Source: the human T2T-CHM13v2.0 reference genome, Homo sapiens. Taken from it: a DNA stretch of 64,000 nt. A program made the position numbers and the translations under genes. Location of the stretch: the NCBI RefSeq assembly GCF_009914755.1, contig NC_060927.1. One strand, written 5' to 3'. The notes under the pieces were generated by a model. It was not told the origin of the DNA and ran no database searches. It saw nothing but the letters and a program-made list of their open reading frames with translations. Shown one piece after another: positions 1-16,996 of the stretch (positions are counted from its first letter, which is position 1; every line of letters starts with the position of its first letter).

Positions 1-4031
<4,031 letters not shown>

Positions 4032-4040
4032 CATTATTTT

Positions 4041-7000
4041 ATTTATTTATTTTTAACTTCTAGTTTCAGGGGTACATATGCAGGATGTGCAGGTTTGTTA
4101 CATAAGTAAATGCGTTGAATGGGGGTTGGTTGTATAGATTATTTCATCACCCAGGTATTAAGCCTAGTATCCAATAGTTATTTTTCCTACTTCTCTCCCT
4201 CCTACCACCTTCTGCCCTCTGATAGGCCCCAGTGTGTGTTGTTTCCCTCTATATGTCCGTGTGTTCTCATAATTTAGCTCCCACTTATAAGTGAGAACAT
4301 GCTGTATTTGGTCTTCTGTTCATGCATTAGTTTACTAAGAATAATGGCCCCTAGCTCCATCCATGTCCTTGCAAAAACATGATCTCATTCTTTTTTATGG
4401 CTGCATAGTATTCCGTGGTGTATATGTACCACATTTTCTTTATCCAGTCTATAATTGATGGGCATTTGGGTTGATTCCATGTTTTTGTTATTGTGAATAG
4501 TGCTGCAGTGAACATACGTGTGCATGTATGTTTATAACAATGACTTATATTCCTTTGGGTATATATCCAGTAATGAGATTACTGGGTTGAATGATAGTTC
4601 TGTCTCGAGGTTTTTGAGGAATCACCACACTGTCTTCCACGATGGTTGAACTAATTTACACTCCCACCAACAGTGTAAAAGCATTCCTTTTTCTCCACTA
4701 CCTCTCCGGCATCTGTTTTTTTTTTTACTTTTTATAGTAGCCATTCTGACTGGTGTGAGATGGTATCTCATTGTGGTTTTAATTTGCATTTCTCTAATGA
4801 TCAATGATGTTGAGCTTTTTTTCATATGATTGTTGGCCACATGTATGTCTTCTTTTAAGAGGTGTCTGTTCATGTTCTTTGCCCACTTTTTTATTTATTT
4901 ATTTATTATTATTATACTTTAAGTTTCAGGGTACCTTTGCCCACTTTTTAATGAGTTTTTTTCTTGTAAATTTGTTTAAGTTCCTTATAGACGCTGGATA
5001 TTAGACCTCATTCAGATGCATAGTTTGCAAAAATTTTCTCCCATTCTCTAGGTTGTCTGTTTACTCTGTTGATAGTTTCTTTTGCTGCATAGGAGCTCTT
5101 TAGTTTAATTAGATCCCATTTGTCAATTTTTGCTTTTGTTGCAATTGCTTTTGGCATCTTTATTATGAAATCTTTGCCCATGCTTATGTCCTAAATGGTA
5201 TTGCCTAGGTTGTCTTCCAGGGTTTTTATAGTTTTGGGTTTTACATTTGAGTCTTTAATCCATCTTGAGTTAATTTTTCTTTATGGTGTAAAGATGGGGT
5301 CCAGTTTCAATCTTCTGCATATGACTAGCCAGTTATCCCAGCACAATTTATTGAATAGGGAGTCCTTTCCCCATTGCTTGTTTTTGTCAGGTTTGTTGAA
5401 GATCAGATAGTTGAAGGTGGGTGGTCATATTTCTGAGTTCTCTATTCTGTTCCATTGGTCTATGTGTCTGTTCTTATACCAGTACCATGCTGTTTTGGTG
5501 ACTGTAGCCATGTAATATAGTTTGAAATCAGGTAGCGTGATGCCTCCAGCTTTGTTCTTTTTGCTTTGGATTGCCTTGGTTATTTGGGCTCTTTTTGGGT
5601 TTCATACAAATTTTAAAATAGATTTTTCTAGTTCTGTGAAGAATGTCAGTGGTAGATTAATAGGAATAGCATTGAATGTATAAATTGCTTTGGGAATATG
5701 CCCATTTTAATGATACTGATTATTCCTATGCATGAGCATGGAATAATTTGCCATTTCTTTGTGTCATCTCTGATCTCTTTGAGTAGTGGTTTGTAGTTCT
5801 CTTGGTAGATCTTTCAGTTTCCTTGTTAGCTGTATTTCTAGGCATGTCACTCTTTTTTTTTAGTAGCAATTGTGAATGGGAGTTCATTCATGATTTGGCT
5901 CTTGGCTTGATTGTTGTTGGTGTATAAGAATGCCAGCAATTTTTGCACATTGATTTTGTATTCTGAGACCTTTACTGAAGTTGTTTATTAGCTTAAGAAG
6001 CTTTCGGGCTGAGACGATGGGGTTTTCTAGATATAGGATCATGTCATCTGCAAACAGGGATAGTTAGACTTCCTCTCTTCCTATTTGAATGCCCTTTATT
6101 TCTTTCTCTCGCCTGATTGCTCTGTCAAGAACTTCCAATATTATGTTGAATAGGAGTGGTGAGAGAGGGCATCTTTGTTTTGTGGCAGTTTTCAAGGGGA
6201 ATACTTCCAGCTTTTTCCCATTCAGTATGATGTTGTCTGTGGGTTTGTCATATATGGCTCTTATTATTTTGAGGTATGTTCCTTCAATACACAGTTTATT
6301 GGGAGTTTTTAACATTAAGGAATGTTAAATGTTGTTGAAAGCCTTTTCTGCATCTATTGAGGTAATCTTGTGGTTTTTGTCTTTTGTTCTGTTTATGTGA
6401 TGAATCACATTTATTGATTTGCCTACATTGAACCAACCTTGCATCCTGGGGATGAAGCCTCATGGTGGATAAGCTTTTTGATGTGTTGCTGGATTTGGTT
6501 TGCCAGTATTTTGCTGAAGATTTTTGCATCAGTGTTCATCAAGGATATTACGCTGAAGTTTTCTTTTTTTGTTGTTGTGTCTGTGCCAGCTTTTGTTATC
6601 AGGATGATGCTGGCCCCATAGAATGAGTTAGGGAGGAGTCCCTCCAATTTTTTGAAATAGTTTCAGTAGTAATGGTACCAACTATTTTTTGTGTATCTGG
6701 TAGAATTAAGCTTTGAATCTGTCTGGTCCTGGGCTTTGGTTGGTTGGTAGGCTATTTATTACTGCCTCTATTTCAAAACTCGTTATTGGTCTGTTCAGAG
6801 ATTCTATTTCTTCCTAGTTCTGTCTTGAGAGAGTGTATCTATCTGTCCAGGAATTTATTCATTTCTTCTAGATTTCCTAGTTTATGTGCATAGCGGTGTT
6901 TATAACATTCTCTGATGGTTGTTTGTAGTTCTGTGGGGTCAGTGGTAATATCCCTCTTATTATCTCTGATTGTGTTTATTTGAATCTTCTCCCTTTTCTT

Positions 7001-8040
7001 CTTTATTAGTATAGCTAGTGGTCTACTATAATATTATTAAAAAAAAACCTGCTCCTGGATTCATCAATCTTTTGAATGGTTTTTTGTCTCTCTATCTCCT
7101 TCAGTTCAGCTTTGATTTTGGTTATTTCTTGTCTTCTGCTAGCTTTGGGATTTGTTTGGTCTTGGTTCTCAAGTTCTTTCAGTTGTGATGTTAGGTTGTT
7201 AACTTGAGATCTTTCTAGCTTTTTGATTGGGCATTTTAGTGCTATAAATTTCCCTCTTAATACTGCTTTAACTGTGTCCCAGAGATTGTGGTACGTTGTG
7301 TCTTTGTGCTCATTAGTTTCAAAGAACTCCCTGATTTCTGCCTTAATTTCATTATTTACCCCAAAATCATTCAGGAACAGGTTATTCAATTTTTATGTAA
7401 TTGTATGGTTTTGAGTGGATTTCTTAGTCTTGAGTTCTGATTTGATTGTGCTGTGGTCCAAGAAGCTGTTTTTATGATTTCAGTGCTTTCTCATTTGCTG
7501 ACGAGTATTTTGCTTGAGATTATGTGATTAATTTTAGAGTAAGTGCCATGTGGTGGTGAGAAGAATGTATATTCTATTGTTTTGCATGGAGAGTTCTGTA
7601 GATATCTATCAGGTCCATTTGATCCAGTGCTGAGTTCAGGTCCTGAATATCTTTGTTAATTTTCTGTCTTGATAATTTGTTAATATTGTCTGTGGGGTGT
7701 TAAAGTCTCCCACTATTATTGTGTGGGGGTCTAAATCTCTTTGAAGGTCTCTAAAAACTTGCTATATGAATCAGGGTGCTCCTATGTTGGGTGCATACAT
7801 ATTTAGGATAGTTAGCTCTTCTTGCTGAATTAAAACTTTTACCATTATGTAATGGCTTTCTTTGCCTTTTTTGATCTTTGTTGGTTTAAAGTCTGTTTTG
7901 TTGGAAACTAGGATTGCAACCCCTGCTTTTTTTTTTTTTTTCCTTTTGCTTGGTAAATTTTCCTCCATCCCTTTATTTTGAGCCTATATGTGTCAAGAGA
8001 CCTTGCATGTGAGATGTGTCTTTTGAAGACTACGTACCAA
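4041..8040 (-). mobile_element. 5'-truncated L1PA (older L1PA10-13-like) nested in the older L1
   Basis: A-rich tail and 3'UTR at 4041-4300. ORF2 remnants ([11 protein letters not shown]; LFADD region; EN KKAGVAILVS). Truncated in the EN domain. Target motif ccattatttt at both ends (4031-4040; aacccattatttt from 8041). Confidence 0.9.
4892..4934 (-). mobile_element. Ultra-short L1PA 3' end insertion (43 bp)
   Basis: Reverse complement gtaccctgaaacttaaagtataataataataaataaataaata matches the L1PA terminus plus tail. 15-bp TSD ctttgcccacttttt at 4877-4891 and 4935-4949. Confidence 0.85.
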
Positions 8041-11000
8041 AACCCATTATTTTCAACTGACAACAACTCAACACTGATTACATAAAGAAACAGACAAACT
8101 AACAAACAAGCAAAGAAAAAATTAATAAAAACACTACACTTTAACTTTGTCCCCCAGCTTTTTAACTTTTTGTTTCTGTTTATATATTATTTTAATGACT
8201 CTGTCTTGAAAAGTTGTTGTAGTTAATATTTTTTAATTTCCTTTCATAGAAAGAAAATAAATAGAAAAATAAAAGTATTTCATTATACTTTCTTTCTAAG
8301 GGAGTGTTATGTCTTCTTTTCCCCACAGAAATGTATTTTATTTATTTAATTTTTTTATTTCTATAGGTTTTTGGGGGCAGGTGGTATTTGGTTACATGAG
8401 TAAGTTCTTTAGTGGTGATTTGTGAGATTTGGTGCACCCATCACCTGAGCAGTATACACTGCACTCAGTTTGTAGTCTTTTATCGCTCAACCCCCTCCCA
8501 CCCTTTCCCCTGCGTCCCCACAGTCCATAGCATCATTCTTATGCCTTTGTATCTTAGCTTAGCTACCACCTGTAAGTGAGAACATATAATATTTGGTTTT
8601 CCATTCCTGAGTTACTTCACTTAGAATAATAATCTCCAGTTCCATCCAGGTTGCTGTGAATGCCATTAATTCATTCCTTTTTATGGCTAAGTAGTATTCC
8701 ATGGTATATAAATACCACAATTTCTTTATCCACTCATTGACTGATAGACATTTGGGCTGTTTCCATATTTTTGCAATTGCAAATTGTGCTGCTATAAACA
8801 TGCGACCAGTTTATCTTTTACCCTTTCTACTCAAAATATTGGTAGTTTACACACCACAATTAGAGCATTATAATATTCTGTGTTTTTCTGTGTATTTGCT
8901 ATTACCAGTGAGTTTTGAACCTTCAGATGATTTCTTATTGCTCATTAATGTTGTGTTGTTTCAGATTGAAGAACTTCCTTTACAGTTCTGGTGTTAATGA
9001 AATCCCTCAGCTTTTGTTTGTCTAGGAAAGTCTTTATTTCTCTTTCATAATTAAGAATATTTTTGCTGGATATGCCATTCTAGGATACAAGTTTTTTCCT
9101 TCAGCACTTTAAATATGTTACACCACTCTCCCCCGGTCTTTAAGGTTTCTACTGAGAATTCTGCGTCAGATGTATTAGAGCTGTATTGTACGTAATTTGT
9201 TTTTCTTTTCTCTTATTCCTTTTAGGATATTTTCTTTAGACCTTTGGGGGTTTGATTATTAACTGTCTTGAAGTCATCTTATTTGGGTTATATCTGTTTG
9301 GTGTTCTATAACCTTCTTGTACTTGAATGTTGATATCTTTTTCTAAGTTTGGGAAGTTCTCTCTTATTATCCCTTTGAATAAACTTTCCACCCTTATCTC
9401 TTTTTCTCCTTATACTTTATGGCCAATAACTCTTAGATTTGTCCTTTTGAGGCTATTTTCCTGATCTTGTAGGCATGCTTCATTTTTAAACATTCTTTTT
9501 TCTCTTATCTCTTCTGATGGTCTGTTTTCAAATAGCCTATCTTCAAGCTAATTCTTTCTTCTGCTTGATCAATTCTGCTGTTAGGATAATTTGATACCTT
9601 ATATAGTGTGTCATTTGCATTTTTCAACTCCAGAATTTCTGCTTGATTTCTTACAATTATTTCAATCTCTTTGTTAAATTTATTTGATAGGCTTCTGAAT
9701 TCCTTCTCTGTGTTATCTTGAATTTCCTCAAGTTTCCTCAAAATAGCTATTTTGAATCCTCTATCTGAAAGGTCACATAACTCTTTTGTTCCAGGATTGG
9801 TCTCTGGTGCTTTATTTAGTTTGTTTGTTGAGGGCATGTTTTCATGAATGGTCCTGATGCTTGTAGATATTCACCAGTATATCTGGATATTGAAGATTTA
9901 TATATTTACTGTAGTCTTTGCAGCCTGGGCTTGTTTGTACCATCCTTCTTGGGAAGGCTTTCCAGGTATTCAAAGGGATTTGGGTGTCGTGGTCTGTTTT
10001 TGGTCACTGTGACTGTATCTGCATTAGGGGGCATCCCAAGCTCAGTGATGCTGGGCTCTTTCAGACTTGTAGAGGTACAGTGGTGGTCTTGGATAAGATC
10101 TGGAAGAATTCCCTGGATTACCAGGTGGAAACCCTTCTCCTCTTCCTTTACTTTCTCCCAAACCAATGGAGTCTGTCTGTAATGAGCTGCCTGGAGTTAA
10201 AGGTGGGGTGACACGAGCACCACTGTGGCTGCCACCACTGGACTGCACTGGGTCAGATGTGAAGCCAGCATAGCACTGAGTCTCACCCAAGGCCTAGGAT
10301 AACCGTGCTTGGCTACTACCTATGTTCACACAAGGCTCTAGTACTCTACAATCAGGAGATGGCAAAGTCAGCCAGGCTATGTCCTTCCCTTCAGGTTAGT
10401 GAGTTCCTCCCAGTCCCAGGCAGGTCCAGAAATGCCATCTGGGAGCCAGAGCTTGGAGTCGGAAACCTTAGGACTCTACCTCATGCTCTATTCTACTGTG
10501 TTTGAGCTAGTACCCAAGCCATAAGACAAAGTTTTTCCCACTCTTCCCTCCCCTTTCCACAAGCAGAGGAGCCTCTCCCTTGGCCACCACCACCCTAGGA
10601 CCACAGCAAGTACTGCCTGCCTACCACCAACGTTCACTCAAGGCCCAAATATTCACTAGTCAGCTTGTGGTGAATGCTCCCAGGCATAGGACTCTCTCTT
10701 CAGGGAAGTGGACTCCTCTCTTACCCAAAGCCAGTCCAGAAATGCTGTGCAAGAGCCAAAGTCTTTAATCGGGGACCCCAAGAGCCCAATTGCTGCTCTA
10801 TCTCACTGTGGCTGAGCTGGTACCTAAGTTGCAAAATCAAGTCCCCTCTACTTGTCCCTGTCCTTTGCTCAAGCAGAATATCTCCCAATAGCCACCATAG
10901 CTGGGAATGCACTGCATCACATCTAAAGCCACCATGTCTCTGTGTTTCACCCAAGGCCCATGGTGAGTACAGCCTGGCTACAACTGCTGATTATTTGGGG

Positions 11001-11935
11001 ACCAAGAGATTTTTATTCAGAAGGTAATGGATCCTGCTTCCCTTCAAGGCCGTAGGCTTCCTTTTGGCCCAGGGTTTGTCTAGAAATGTCGTCTCGGAGC
11101 TACGGCCTGGAATGGGGACCTCAGGACTCTGCCTGGTGCCCTATTCTATTGTGGCTGAGATGGTATCCAAGTTGCAAGACAAAGTTATATTTATGCTTTC
11201 CTCTCCTCTCCTCAAGTGGGAGGGAGGAGTGTCTCCTGGAGCCGTGTGCTGCACTGCTTAGGGTATGGGGCACGCATTCCTTGGTGGTGCATGCACCTGA
11301 GGGGTGGTGCAGGCATTCCCTTGGTGACTTTGGCTGGTGTCTCACTAGGTTGTATACCCTCATAGCCCACTGGCTATGAGTCCAGCAGAGCACCAGTACT
11401 TGCCCAGGAATTGCAGTATTTGTGGCTTAGAGTGCCTTTCAAATTTATTTAGGACCCCAGAGCCCTTCAGCCTGCAGTGGCAAAGATTGCCAGAACTCAG
11501 GTTTCTACTACTGATGTGAGTGATTCCCTCTGGCTAGGACTGGTTTAAATTCTTCCTCCATGGGCGCAGGATGAGTTATGCCCAGTATTGCTTTCTGCTG
11601 TGATGGGGCAGCACTGAGTTCCAGTGCAAGGTCCCATAATCACTGTCTCTTCCCCAAGCACACAGATTCTGTATCTGCACCACACAGCCACTACCAAGCG
11701 GATGAGGGAGGAGTAGTATCAACAATTCAAGACTGTCTTTCCTACCCTCTTCAGTGTCTCTCTCAGTGATAACGATGTTAAAACCAAGTACTGTGGTCAT
11801 TCACCTGATGTTTGGTTCTTATGAAAGTGCTTTTTGTGTGTGTGTGGAGAGTTGTTTAATTTGGTGTTCTTATGGGTAGGATAATTAGAGGATGATTAGT
11901 GGAGGCTTCTATTTGGCCATCTTGCTCTATTTCCC
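8041..11935 (-). mobile_element. Continuation of the host L1M: inter-ORF, ORF1 remnant and long 5'UTR
   Basis: ORF1 coiled-coil remnant 9505-9837 (ELCDLSDRGFKIAILRKLEEIQDNTEKEFR...RIDQAEERIS). 5' end reads gagcaagatggccaaatagaagcctcc on the minus strand, typical of L1M starts. Confidence 0.88.
8335..8805 (-). mobile_element. L1 3' end fragment (L1PB/L1MA-like) nested in the host L1
   Basis: ORF2 C-terminus MFIAAQFAIAKIWKQPKC...MFSL, followed by 3'UTR and A-rich tail. Host L1 resumes at ~8806. Confidence 0.85.
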
Positions 11936-12739
11936 TCAAAAGAAGTTTGTTTCACATAAGGAAACTTAACGGGTGAAAGACCTCTTTTGGTGGTGGTAAT
12001 GAGATGCCACTCAGGGCAACTGTGCTAGCTGCACCTCAATTTATTCTTCATGGATTAAGTTCCAAAGAATTACATTGTTCTATAGCATGCAATAGACATA
12101 CTATTTATATTTAACAGCATTTATTTATTTATTCTTTTATTAAACACTTTTTTTAGATATCAACTTTGTATCAGATGATATCCACAGCTAGCCCATCCAA
12201 GGCTATTTAATTTTTGTCTATCATAACAATGACATGAAACATTCCCCTAACAACACCTGCAACTCTGTCACTTCAGGAAATTGAATTTCCAATGTGATGT
12301 TTTGGGGATATAGCAACCACACCACCACCTTATGAAAGTCATGGGGGTTTCTTTTTTATTTTCACTCTGCAAATGGTATGCAAGCATAACTGGGTCTTCT
12401 CTCAGCTCCAAGTAATTCAGCACAAGTATATCACTTCCTTCTTATCAATGTACCTCACTCCTACAAAATCCCTCTTGGACTGGCTTACAAGTAAAATAAA
12501 ATGAAAAATGGAGATCGTGGTTAGTTGTTGAATGTGTGTGTGGTAGTGGGTAGTAGGGGGTAAGGTAATAAGAGATAAAGTTGGGGCCACTTGGAGAAAG
12601 AAGAGGAAGAGTGAGAAGGAGATACAACTAGACTAAGTGGCTGCTAAGAAAGGTCAGGTGTTCATATGATAGGACTGACATCAGTGCAATGTATGTACTT
12701 TCCCTGGGGAAGCAGATTGACTTCCCAAATTACCATGAA

Positions 12740-12980
12740 GCTCAGAGTCAAACAACCTCAATTGAAACCTGAGTTCCATCCTTTGTTAGCTGTGAGACCT
12801 GGGAAAGTTACTTAACCTCCTTAAAGTTCAGTTTCTTCAACTGTAAAATGGGGGTCATCATCATCATCATCATCATGTGTGAGGAATTTTTGTGAGAAAT
12901 AAAATTATGCATGTAAATAACAGTCTAATGCTTGGCACCTAGATGCCTAAACATCCTCATTAAATGATAGCTAGTATTTA
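12740..12980 (+). mobile_element. MIR with internal (CAT)n
   Basis: MIR core gctgtgagacctgggaaagttacttaacctc...cagtttcttcaactgtaaaatgggg. (CAT)7 at ~12856-12876. Confidence 0.75.
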
Positions 12981-13178
12981 TACTTTTATTATGAATAAGT
13001 TGCTAATTGTCTGTTTTGAAAGTTAACAATAGAAATTGGGGTTAGAAAGGCTCTTCTGACAACTAAATTGAGGATTAAAAGTGAAAAAAAAAAAAAGCTA
13101 AAAATGGCAGAACCTTCTTGAGGACACTGAAGATTTCAGGCCTTAGTTGATATCTACAGACATTAAGAAGTAAAAGGA

Positions 13179-13478
13179 GGCTGGGCGCGGTGGCTCACGC
13201 CTGTAATCCCAGCACTTTGGGAGGCCGAGGCGGGTGGATCATGAGGTCAGGAGTTCAAGACCAGCCTGGCCAAGATGGTGAAACCCCATCTCTACTAAAA
13301 ATACAAAAATTAGCTCGGCGTGGTGGTGGGTGCCTGTAGTCCCAGCTACTCAGGAGGCTGAGGCAGAGAATTGTTTGAAGCTGGGAGGTGGCGGTTGCAG
13401 TGAGCCGAGACTGCGCCACTGCACTCCAGCCTGGGTGACACAGCGAGACTCCACCTCAACACACACACACACAAAAAA
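13179..13478 (+). mobile_element. AluS with (CA)n-converted tail
   Basis: Full Alu dimer. Tail acacacacacacacaaaaaaa, with aaaaggag-like TSD. Confidence 0.95.
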
Positions 13479-13500
13479 AGGAGTTTCTCAAAATAGGTCA

Positions 13501-13635
<135 letters not shown>

Positions 13636-15399
13636 CTAAAATAGATAAACGTCAATGAATTGTTTTTCCTCCTGCATTTGATCTAGTCCTGATCAATCAG
13701 GAATATTTAATCAACAGGAAAACCCTCTTGATTTCCTATTTTTTATATGTGGAAGGGAGGCCATGCTTGTCCTCTCTTCCTGCCCAGTTCTACTCAAACT
13801 CTCTTCTCTTTACCTGTGATCATGGGCCCCACCCTTTCTTCCTTTGATCCTCATCCCTGAGATCCACCCTTGGCTAGAATGGACTGCATCTGAAAGCTAA
13901 GTTCTTTGTAAAGTCAGTACTTGGTTAGTTGAAATTCAAAGTATTCTTCAAAGATCAGTTCAAATTCCAGTTCTTTGAAAATCACTGTATCTGTTGTCTT
14001 AAACAGGTTCATTATAGTTATTTTAATGCCTATGTAATGACTACAATGTCTGGATCACCTATAGGTCTATTTTTATTATCTCTTTCTTAGTTCCACCTCT
14101 TGGTATGCTTGTTAATTTTTTATTAAATAGTAGACAATGTGTAATGAAGATTATGAAGGTTTTTACATGAGTCTTTAGCTTCTAGCAAGTGGTTATAAGG
14201 GGAGAAGTCTCCTGAATCCAATTAGGATTAAGCTATTTAGAGGATGAATTTCTTCAAATGTCTTTAAAGCCCCTATCCATTTCTGATTTCCTTTACTCCT
14301 TGGGTATAGTCCTAAAAGGACCCTAACTGAAAACCTGAGTGTTCACGAGGGGTGTTCTTCCTTGACAAGTCTTCAATGCCAATTTTTATTTGTGAGAACC
14401 TCAAATGCTGTGTTTATTTTCATAATTTCTTAGCTCTAGGTTTTTGTTCAGTTTCTCTCTATGCTGCTTTTGCTAATTAGCAAATGCCTTGAGATGATAA
14501 GCCACTCATACTGTTGGACTACTTGTCTTCTCTGATGCACCTATGAGTCTTTATCCTTTGCTCTCTCAATAGCCCTGAACTTCAGTTTTTCTCCCCAGCC
14601 CCATGAGACCACCAAAAGCTCTGCTCAGTTTCTGTTTCTTAGTAGCTATTTTTTTAAACTAGGCTTCCCAGCCTTTCTATCCACACTATTTTAGGAATCA
14701 GCCTTGAGGAATTCCCTTGAGTGGAAAATCTGCACAGAATGTCTTAAGCACCTCCATGGGTTTCTCTTCTGTCCAGTTTCTTGGCCCCTCAAATCTACAC
14801 TGCCTCAGGACTCTCAAATACATGTCTCTTGTGTCTTTTCTAGTGTTTATATTTGTTTTTAGTGAGAGAGTGATGTAAAATAAATAAGTGCTTCATTGTT
14901 GGGAATGGAACCTATCTCCATCCCTTTTAAAAACTTGATTTTTACCCCCAGTAGATTATAAATTCTCAAAGAGGAGAAACTTTATTTTCCTTTATATTTC
15001 TGCTATTTCCTCAGCATTTTCCATAGTGTCTAGATTTTAATAGTACATAGTGTTTATTGAATGAATGAATAAATACATAAATAAGTGAATGGATACCTGG
15101 TATAGGATAGGAGGCTATCTGAGCAAAAACCTTATTCATCACCATCACATTTTTATTACGAATTTCACCAAGTAATTTTTTTCCAGAAATCTAGACTTTA
15201 GCAAAGTAGAATTAAGCCCATATTTGCCTTAAAAGTCATTTATTATTCCTAAATGTTAAGCAAGCCAGAGTCAAACTCGTTATTTTCCTTTGTTTGGTCT
15301 CTACTTCTAAATTTTGCCTTACTATCAATGTCTTTACCAGCCATCCTAGTCTTCAGCTCAGCAAAATATTTGTAGGACATATACTGATCACAGAGTTTT

Positions 15400-15850
15400 T
15401 GTGCTTGATGTTAAGATATAAGGACAGATAGAACCTGATCTCAGTCTTCCAAAGTACCATCTAGGTTGCTGGTAAGAAAAGTATACAAATAAATATAACC
15501 TAGGGCTAGGTATAAATGAGTGAATGAGTGAATGAATGAATGAAGGTATAAGGAGTATTGAGGGAAGAGAGGGGAGCTGATGAATTTTTCACAGACATAG
15601 AGGGGGATACCCCAAGTAATTTAATAAGACTATAGCCTAGGGAAGCATAGGGGAGGAATTGGAGACAATGCTGGCAAAGTTGGCCCCATGATGTGAAGGG
15701 CCTTAAATGCTCATCTGAAGTCTTTGCACTGGCCTGGAGAGGCAGGGGGAATCATTGAAGGATTTTGAGCAGAAAAGTAATATAGTTGGCTCTGCAGTGA
15801 AGAATGCCAGTCTAGAAACTTTGTAGTATATGTTAGAAAGAGGAGATGAG
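15400..15850 (+). mobile_element. L2 fragment
   Basis: L2-like ggggaatcattgaaggattttgagcag and (TGAA)n motifs. Confidence 0.55.
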
Positions 15851-16996
15851 AGGTGGGAATAACTATCTTCCGCTTTGCTTTCCTTCCCATGCAACCAGGA
15901 ACCAAACAAGATGCTCCACAACACCCAGAGTCTGGAACATCCGCTACTACTCTATTTCTGAAGGTGCCTTCAGAAGATTACCACAGCCTTCATCTTGTCA
16001 AGACCCCAAAATGGTGGCTTTCATCATAATCTTGCCCTTCAAACATCGTCTCTCCCCCAAAATGGCCCATTTCTCTCTCAGATGCACTTCTAGCTGATTC
16101 CCACCTCTATGCATTTACTCATTTGCCCCTTAGGCCAGTTTCTGTTTCTACATGCATCTTAAAAAATTAAAACCTCCTTCTCTTCTCCCTTTCCCTATGG
16201 ATGTGGGCTACAGTAGCTTGTTCCTACGTGCCCTTGGGCTCCTCCTGTAACTTCACGCTTTGCCTCTTTAAATAGATTGTTGGTCCCTCAGGGGATGTTT
16301 TTATGATTCATACTTAAAAACTGCTAACCACAATGTAAGAACTTTCTCATTTTTTCCCTCTTTACTGTTAATTTAAAACTTTTGTTACCATCACTTTTAT
16401 TTAAAAATGAAAAATATAGAAAACAGATGACAAAAATAAAAAGAAGGAAAAAAGAACCCATAACTGAATTCAAAATTCCATAACCATCAATAGAATTTTG
16501 ATAAATCTTTTTCTAGACTCTACATATACTTTTCTTTCTTTTTAAAAATTTTGTAATCATGATCTATGTACAATTTAGTACCCTATTTCTTTTGCTTGTT
16601 GTATACATATTTACATGTTGTATATTACAATGCTTTTTCTATTTTATTTCACATTCTTTTTAAATACCATGAATGAATTAGGCAAGAAGTTATTGTCAGG
16701 AGGGCATACTAAAATGTCAATGAAAGAAAGGTCAAGAATGGCCTCTGTCTTCAGGTAGCTGAAAATCTATACGCAGCATACTGGCTTTAGCACTGCTTTC
16801 AAATCTCAACTCTACCACATATAATCTGAATAACTGTGGACAAAATATTTAATTTCTCCAAGGCTTAGTTTGCCATTCATAATGGAAGGAGTATCAACCT
16901 TTGCCTCATAGTGACAAAGAAGAATTAGAGGACCTGGTGCATGGGAAGTGTTGAGTCCATTGCCTGGTACATGGTGAAGACTGAAAAAATGTTAGC

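Noticed and set aside
9844-11800. Cluster of overlapping ORFs in GC-richer DNA suggesting a gene or CpG island
   Set aside because: This is the L1 5'UTR: CpG-depleted, with no recognisable protein similarity.
13960-14900. Possible very old L1ME/HAL1 fragment
   Set aside because: Composition is suggestive, but I could not match specific motifs confidently enough to list it.
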